Source: an uncultured Candidatus Saccharibacteria bacterium
Lineage (GTDB): Bacteria > Patescibacteriota > WWE3 > UBA101185 > UBA10185
NCBI GenBank assembly: GCA_964385105.1
Contig: CAYLMU010000003.1
Span: 2,470 to 66,469 of the forward strand
DNA length: 64,000 nucleotides
Direction of reading: 5' to 3'
Position 1 is the stretch's first letter. Each line of letters opens with the position of its first letter. Positions 58,988 to 64,000 of the stretch are shown here, one piece after another. Both the position numbers and the translations under genes were made by a program. The notes beneath the pieces were generated by a model. The model was not told the origin of the DNA. It was given only the letters and a program-made list of their open reading frames with translations, and did not search any database.

Positions 58988-59512
58988 TGCAAAATTTTTA
59001 AGACTTGGGTTTGGGCTCATTCCTTTTCGCTCGCCGCTACTCAGGAAATACCTAATGGTATCTTTTCCTCCAGTTACTAAGTTGTTTCAGTTCACTGGGT
59101 ACCCATCTATGCACCTATGTTCGCCCGAAGGCAAATTTCAGCACATGATCACCTCATATTACTATGGATGGAGTTTCCTCATTCGGAGATTCCCGGTTAA
59201 TAGCGCTTCTTGTCAGCTCACCGAGACTTAACGCAGACTTGCACGTCCTTCATCGGCACAAGGACCCAAGGCATCCACCGTATGCATTAGTATCTTTAAT
59301 ATCAAGACGAATTGAACTTAAATCTAGTTTTGTTCAGTTTTCAAAGTACATGCTACGTTTTACATTTTCAAAAACTGTCCTCGGGCATAGCCCTGCGGAT
59401 TGTTTTTTCAAATTGTAAAACTTCGCCACAATTAAGTGACTTGTTGGCAATTCGTCGCTTTCGCTCCTATTGCACATCAATTCACTAAACTCACTTCATT
59501 CGTTAAGTGACT

Positions 59513-59589
59513 TGGTGGACCCGGCGGGATTCGAACCCGCGACCCCTGCAGTGCAAATGCAGTGCTCTAGCCAACTGAGCTACAGGCCC
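59513..59589 (-). tRNA. tRNA-Ala(UGC) with encoded CCA, immediately upstream of the 23S rRNA.
   Basis: Reverse complement GGGCCTGTAGCTCAGTTGGCTAGAGCACTGCATTTGCACTGCAGGGGTCGCGGGTTCGAATCCCGCCGGGTCCACCA. G3:U70 present. Anticodon loop UUUGCAC gives UGC. Confidence 0.8.
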
Positions 59590-59872
59590 AGAATAATAAG
59601 TAAAATCGTATTCCAATATTACTTAGTTAGGGCCTCCCAGTCAACCGGCCAAAAGGTCCATAATATATTATTTTTCAGTTTGTTCAGAGCTTCTGTCGCA
59701 ATGACATTAAATCCTTTCGGATGGAAGTTGTATAGTAAGTGTGTGTAGATTAGCATTGTGAATATTTTGTGTCAAGGGTTATAGCTAAATTGTATATGAC
59801 CGGGTTTAAGTTATAATCTCAATAAAAAAAGCGGCATCAAGAAAAGTAAATTCTTATACCGCTTTTGTTTGC

Positions 59873-60382
59873 TTAACTTAGGTAGCTTAGTAATAAAACT
59901 ATCAATACAAGTGTCAAAGATAGCTTAATTACAATTGGTTTAATCTCCATGTTTTCTAACTTTCCCCTCAGTGTTATTGTCACTTCACCGGTTAAAGGTA
60001 ATACTTCAATAACTGCTTCCTTGACACCTGTGAGTATTCCTTTAACACCATTGCTATCAATCCTCACAGGAATTTGTATCACATCTTGCCTATTTTGCTC
60101 CAAACCATAAATGTACTTTGGATACTCTCCCGAATCATCCCTGTACACTCCGTTATTTTGAGCTATGGCATAAGCTCTTTTCCATAACTCAGTCTTTGAA
60201 ATCTTCCGGAACTTAGGTAATGGAAACTTTACTGCAAACGGTGCCTCGGTGAACGCAATGTGAGTATCGTATGCTGAAGTCACTCTATTTTTTTCAAAAT
60301 GCTTGAGTAGCCATTGTGCAGCCACTTCTACCTCGTCAGCAGTCGGTTCATCCCACAAAGAGATTTTCTTTTTAGATGACAT
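59873..60382 (-). CDS. Hypothetical C-terminally tail-anchored membrane protein (169 aa), paralog of the adjacent 273-aa gene.
   Basis: WDEPTADEVEVAAQWLLKHF...LWKRAY...YIYGLE...IPVRIDSNGVKGILTG...KLE aligns with the downstream paralog. C-terminal TM IVIKLSLTLVLIVLLLSYL. Confidence 0.55.
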   Translation of the reverse strand: MSSKKKISLWDEPTADEVEVAAQWLLKHFEKNRVTSAYDTHIAFTEAPFAVKFPLPKFRKISKTELWKRAYAIAQNNGVYRDDSGEYPKYIYGLEQNRQDVIQIPVRIDSNGVKGILTGVKEAVIEVLPLTGEVTITLRGKLENMEIKPIVIKLSLTLVLIVLLLSYLS

Positions 60383-60515
60383 CTGTTGTCTTACTCCTTT
60401 TATTGTTTATTAGAATAAAACACATTTTAAATAGTATTTCAACCTATAGAAAAAATGAATAAAAAAGCGACTGTAACCATGCAATAATTTGCATTGGTCA
60501 AGCCGCTTTTGTACT

Positions 60516-61337
60516 TTATGCGAGCAAATATAGTAAAACCACTATAATCCCAAGAATTCCAAGAGGAATTGAAATTTTTACGGTTTTACTAACTGCATCT
60601 TCAAGCTTCGCCCTAATCCTGATGAAGACCGTTGCCTCTCCAGTTAAGCGGTCAATTTCCACATCCATTTTGGGCTCACCTGTAAGCCTCAATGTTCCCT
60701 TAATTCCTTGTTCGTCCACGTTGAGAGGAATATTTAACACGTGAAAAGCACCAGCAGTTGATGCGATTGAATCATCATTAACTTTCGATCCCTCTAACAC
60801 ATAAGAATCATATTTACCGATCTTTCTGATAACAACGCCTTGCTTTTCAGCTCCTTGAATTACCTTTTTCCACAAAGGTCTGTATACAATCTTCGCAGAT
60901 CGAGGGAGTGGCCTTGCAATTTCTGATTTTAAAAGCATTCTATGAGTAGTTTGAACCCGTACATTACCCTTATTACTCACCACATGTGCAACAAGCCAAT
61001 CAACAACCTTTCTAACCTGCTCAGGCGTGGGATTATCCCAGTCTGCTATCATAGCATGTCTTCTTTGTACCTCTGCATGTGCCTTAGAAGTCCAAAGACC
61101 CTTTAGTTTAGGATCATAAATAAAACCAAACTCCGGAGCATGTTTTTTGAGAGCATCTCGAAACTTATCAAGCGAGGGGGGCACTGAGGTGGATCTATCG
61201 TGCTTTACGGCCCATGAACGTGCATTTTCTAAAGGGAAAGGCTTTTCGTTTTGAAGATTATATCTTTCCACATTTAATACTGCTTGTCTATAAAAGTTTC
61301 TCACAAAATCGTCCAGTGCAGCATTACTCATTCCCAT
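60516..61337 (-). CDS. Hypothetical C-terminally tail-anchored membrane protein (273 aa), paralog of 59873-60382 with an extra N-terminal ~100 aa.
   Basis: WDNPTPEQVRKVVDWLVAHV...LWKKVI...YVLE...IPLNVDEQGIKGTLRLTG...KLE. C-terminal TM ISIPLGILGIIVVLLYLLA. Confidence 0.55.
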   Translation of the reverse strand: MGMSNAALDDFVRNFYRQAVLNVERYNLQNEKPFPLENARSWAVKHDRSTSVPPSLDKFRDALKKHAPEFGFIYDPKLKGLWTSKAHAEVQRRHAMIADWDNPTPEQVRKVVDWLVAHVVSNKGNVRVQTTHRMLLKSEIARPLPRSAKIVYRPLWKKVIQGAEKQGVVIRKIGKYDSYVLEGSKVNDDSIASTAGAFHVLNIPLNVDEQGIKGTLRLTGEPKMDVEIDRLTGEATVFIRIRAKLEDAVSKTVKISIPLGILGIIVVLLYLLA

Positions 61338-61519
61338 CTCTTACCTTCCTTTTTTATTCGATTATCAATTTAAAAACATTTTACAAAAAAATAAAATAAA
61401 AACAAGCTATAGGGCATAAAAGTATATAAATTTCATTTGTACATCAATCCATACAGCCACATACAAAAAAAGAGCTGATAACCATGCACATCAAATGCAA
61501 AAGTCATCAGCTCAATTTG

Positions 61520-61789
61520 CTAATCTCCCGCCAAGGGAAGTTCTGCCGGCTCATCACAGGGTTCATCACAAGGCACCTTTTCGGATGAAATTACTACAAT
61601 TCTGTACTCAATACCATTAAGCTCAATTTGCTTTTCTTCAACTAACTGTCGTAAAGCTTCGTCGAGCTCCTTGTCGCTCATGTCGTTTGCAAGGGTCAAT
61701 GGCAATAAATCGACTCGCGTAGTTGGACTCCTGCCTAGGCGGGCAACTAAAATATGTTTAAACTCTTCGAAATCGGGAAACATGCTCAA
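61520..61789 (-). CDS. Small acidic hypothetical protein (89 aa) with a C-terminal CDEPCDEP motif.
   Basis: ORF with its own hairpin terminator (61455-61500). No recognisable motif. Confidence 0.4.
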   Translation of the reverse strand: MSMFPDFEEFKHILVARLGRSPTTRVDLLPLTLANDMSDKELDEALRQLVEEKQIELNGIEYRIVVISSEKVPCDEPCDEPAELPLAGD

Positions 61790-61934
61790 CTCCTTTACTA
61801 GATTAGGGGCTTATAAAGTTGTAATTATTTTATCGGCATGTACTCAAATTATCAAATTGATTCTAAACATTGCATGTTGATAATACAGTCTCCAAAGGTA
61901 CAAATTTTCTTAAAGAGTTGTAACTACAATAAAT

Positions 61935-62861
61935 CTAAAAAAGTGACATCTGGTTATCATTAACCTCAACACTCTTCCCCTCATCCGGCCCGTTATAATC
62001 AGTAAAACCAAGCCTCTTAATCAAACTTTTAAACCTGTATTTTTCAAGCACTTTTTTTACTTCACCCGCGTTATAGTCGCTGTAATAACATTCATTTAAA
62101 TTCACATCCATTGGAACATCCCTTATTATAGTTGCAAGCTTTTTGCTCATTATTGCTTCTTCATAATTATTCAAAAGTTTTTCTTTTAGCTTTACCGGAT
62201 GGATTTGGTCGATGTTATTATAAATTCCTTCAACGCTTCCATACACCTCAATTAAATTTTTTGCTGTTTTATCTCCAATTCCGTAAACTCCGGGTATGTT
62301 ATCACTTGGATCACCTCTCAATGCTTTGTATTCAACCAACAATTCCGGATTAAACCCAAGTCTTGCTTCAGCTTCCCTCATACCCACCAAATCAGCAGAG
62401 CCTTTAGTTGAAGGTATCATTATCAAAACTTTATCATTTATCAACTGCCACAAGTCTTTGTCATTTGACGCAATTATTACTTCAATATCTTCATCTTTGG
62501 TTTTTTCAACCATTGTTCCAATAATGTCATCTGCCTCATACCCGTCAACAGTTAAAGATTTAACACCAAAAGCATCTATAACTTCAAAAATTTTTGGAAT
62601 TTGTTGCGAAAGGTCATCTTCCATTGGCCTGCGATGTGCTTTGTAACCGGTAAAGTCCTCAACTCTAAAAGTAGGTTTTTTACTATCTAAAGCAGCCACG
62701 GCATAATCAGGCTTTAAAGTTTGAAAAATGCTAATTAGCATTGATGTTGTGCCGTATATTGCATTTGTAGGGTTACCGTCGCTATCAGTTAAAGTTTTGG
62801 GTAAAGCAAAGTAAGCTCGGTGTAAAAAGTTAAATGTGTCTATAAGCAGAAGTTTTTTCAT
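61935..62861 (-). CDS. 5'-3' exonuclease (FEN-like; Pol I N-terminal-domain homolog).
   Basis: LLLIDTFNFLHRAYFA...AALDSKKPTFR...GYKAHR...GYEADDIIGT...GIGDKTA (H3TH) are typical 53EXO motifs. Confidence 0.8.
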   Translation of the reverse strand: MKKLLLIDTFNFLHRAYFALPKTLTDSDGNPTNAIYGTTSMLISIFQTLKPDYAVAALDSKKPTFRVEDFTGYKAHRRPMEDDLSQQIPKIFEVIDAFGVKSLTVDGYEADDIIGTMVEKTKDEDIEVIIASNDKDLWQLINDKVLIMIPSTKGSADLVGMREAEARLGFNPELLVEYKALRGDPSDNIPGVYGIGDKTAKNLIEVYGSVEGIYNNIDQIHPVKLKEKLLNNYEEAIMSKKLATIIRDVPMDVNLNECYYSDYNAGEVKKVLEKYRFKSLIKRLGFTDYNGPDEGKSVEVNDNQMSLF

Positions 62862-62887
62862 TAGTAATGTAGCATAATTAATGTAGC

Positions 62888-64000
62888 TTACGACTCCATG
62901 AGTTCGGCAAATTCACCTCCGTCGATTGTTTCTTTATCAAGTAAAACCATTGCAACCTGGTCAAGCTTATCTTTATTATCCTGCAAAAGCTTTCTTGCCA
63001 AATCATACTGTTTTTCAATAATATCTTCTACTTCGGCATCAATTTTTGCTGCTACTTCCTGGCTCACAACGTGTGCCTCGCCCATTTGTTTGGCAAGCCA
63101 ATGTCTTTCTTCATCACCACCCAAGTTAATCGGCCCAAGTGAACTCATTCCCCACTCAGTAACCATTTTTCTTGCAATGTTGGTTGCTTTTTCAAAATCA
63201 TTTGCAGCACCGGTAGTTATTTCATTAAATACAACTTCTTCAGCAACTCTTCCGCCCATTATCATTGCAATCATAGCTAATAATCTTGTTTTACTTTCAT
63301 TGTACCTGTCTCTTTCAGGAGGCAAACTTGTATGACCTAAAGAGCCGCCTCTTGGAACAATAGTCACTCTACCCACAGGGTCTAAACTTCCAACTAAAGC
63401 TCCAACAATTGCGTGTCCAGCTTCGTGGTATGCAGCAAGTTTTCTGTCATTTTCATCTTGAAGGCGCTTTCTTTCAGGCCCCATGGTTACTTTAAGAGCT
63501 GCATTATCAATGTCTCTCATGGTAATTGTTTTTCTGTCCTCTCTTGCAGCATAAATGGCAGACTCGTTTAAAACGTTTTCAATGTCGGCTCCGCTAAACC
63601 CAACTGTCTTTTTTGCAACTTTTTCTAAATCAAAGTCTTCAGCAAACGGTTTTCCCTTCATGTGAATTTGAATTATCTCTTTTCTGCCCTCAAGATCAGG
63701 CATCGGAATAGTTACTTTTCTATCAAACCTTCCCGCCCTAACCAAAGCCGGATCAAGCATATCAGGCCTGTTTGTGGCAGCAATCACAATTACATTAGTT
63801 CTTTCGTCAAAACCATCCATTTCAATTAAAATCTGGTTTAAGGTTTGTTCTCTTTCATCATGACCTCCACCGATTCCCATACCTCTTTGTCTACCAATAG
63901 CATCAATTTCGTCTATAAAAATAAGTGCGGGTTGTGCTGTTTTTGCCATTTTAAATAAATCCCTCACTCTGCTTGAACCCACACCAACAAGCATCTCCAT
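62888..64000 (-). CDS. ftsH: ATP-dependent zinc metalloprotease FtsH (C-terminal ~370 aa; N-terminus beyond window end).
   Basis: AAA+ second region of homology (…ATNRPDMLDPALVRAGRFDR…), protease HEAGHA zinc motif, and C-terminal helical domain. The ORF is open to the window edge. Confidence 0.9.
   Translation of the reverse strand: MEMLVGVGSSRVRDLFKMAKTAQPALIFIDEIDAIGRQRGMGIGGGHDEREQTLNQILIEMDGFDERTNVIVIAATNRPDMLDPALVRAGRFDRKVTIPMPDLEGRKEIIQIHMKGKPFAEDFDLEKVAKKTVGFSGADIENVLNESAIYAAREDRKTITMRDIDNAALKVTMGPERKRLQDENDRKLAAYHEAGHAIVGALVGSLDPVGRVTIVPRGGSLGHTSLPPERDRYNESKTRLLAMIAMIMGGRVAEEVVFNEITTGAANDFEKATNIARKMVTEWGMSSLGPINLGGDEERHWLAKQMGEAHVVSQEVAAKIDAEVEDIIEKQYDLARKLLQDNKDKLDQVAMVLLDKETIDGGEFAELMES

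Overview
Low-GC (roughly mid-30s %) bacterial chromosome segment with compact gene spacing; genes from ~12 kb onward are almost all on the minus strand. The gene content is consistent with a small-genome Gram-positive-like or CPR/Patescibacteria-type organism. That is an inference from content, not a database result. Supporting content: sortases with an LPXTG substrate; a comEA/comEC/comM/dprA competence cluster; a giant LamG-repeat surface protein; and a 23S rRNA gene interrupted by a group I intron carrying a LAGLIDADG homing endonuclease.

Features in window order:
- The 3' end of a gene, then a 2707-aa membrane-anchored protein with at least eight LamG-like (concanavalin A-like lectin) repeats (202-8325).
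- A polytopic membrane protein with TPR repeats, possibly O-antigen-ligase-like.
- The rplJ-rplL operon with a promoter candidate and terminator.
- An extremely AT-rich low-complexity gene.
- A glycosyltransferase pair (GT26 and GT4), a PEGA/beta-propeller protein, and a sortase.
- Divergent tRNA-Arg(CCU) and tRNA-Ser(UGA).
- Immediately 3' of tRNA-Ser, a ~4.4-5 kb integrated element encoding a large serine recombinase whose reading frame runs into the tRNA. Its cargo is a 362-aa unknown protein, a small overlapping ORF, a membrane-anchored winged-helix protein, and a strikingly GC-rich 130-aa gene with its own SD sequence and terminator. Three perfect inverted repeats lie in its central intergenic region.
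- Housekeeping and envelope genes: ndk, a metallophosphoesterase, argS, a split comEC, comEA, arsR, comM, dprA, tRNA-Ala(GGC), obg, a LysM-M23 peptidase, rho, a second sortase with an adjacent LPKTG protein, and GT4, GT2 and a putative GT-C membrane glycosyltransferase.
- Two GC-rich secreted or anchored proteins flanking an AT-rich gene pair.
- An ~850-bp ORF-free, strand-skewed region bounded by terminators.
- yacL-radA, clpC-like, rpsA and two orphan receiver-domain proteins.
- A 5S-23S rRNA unit preceded by tRNA-Ala(UGC) with no linked 16S; a 45-nt structured repeat occurs both inside 23S domain I and in the 23S-5S spacer.
- Tandem paralogous tail-anchored proteins sharing a terminator motif, a 5'-3' exonuclease, and the 3' part of ftsH.

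No CRISPR array was seen.
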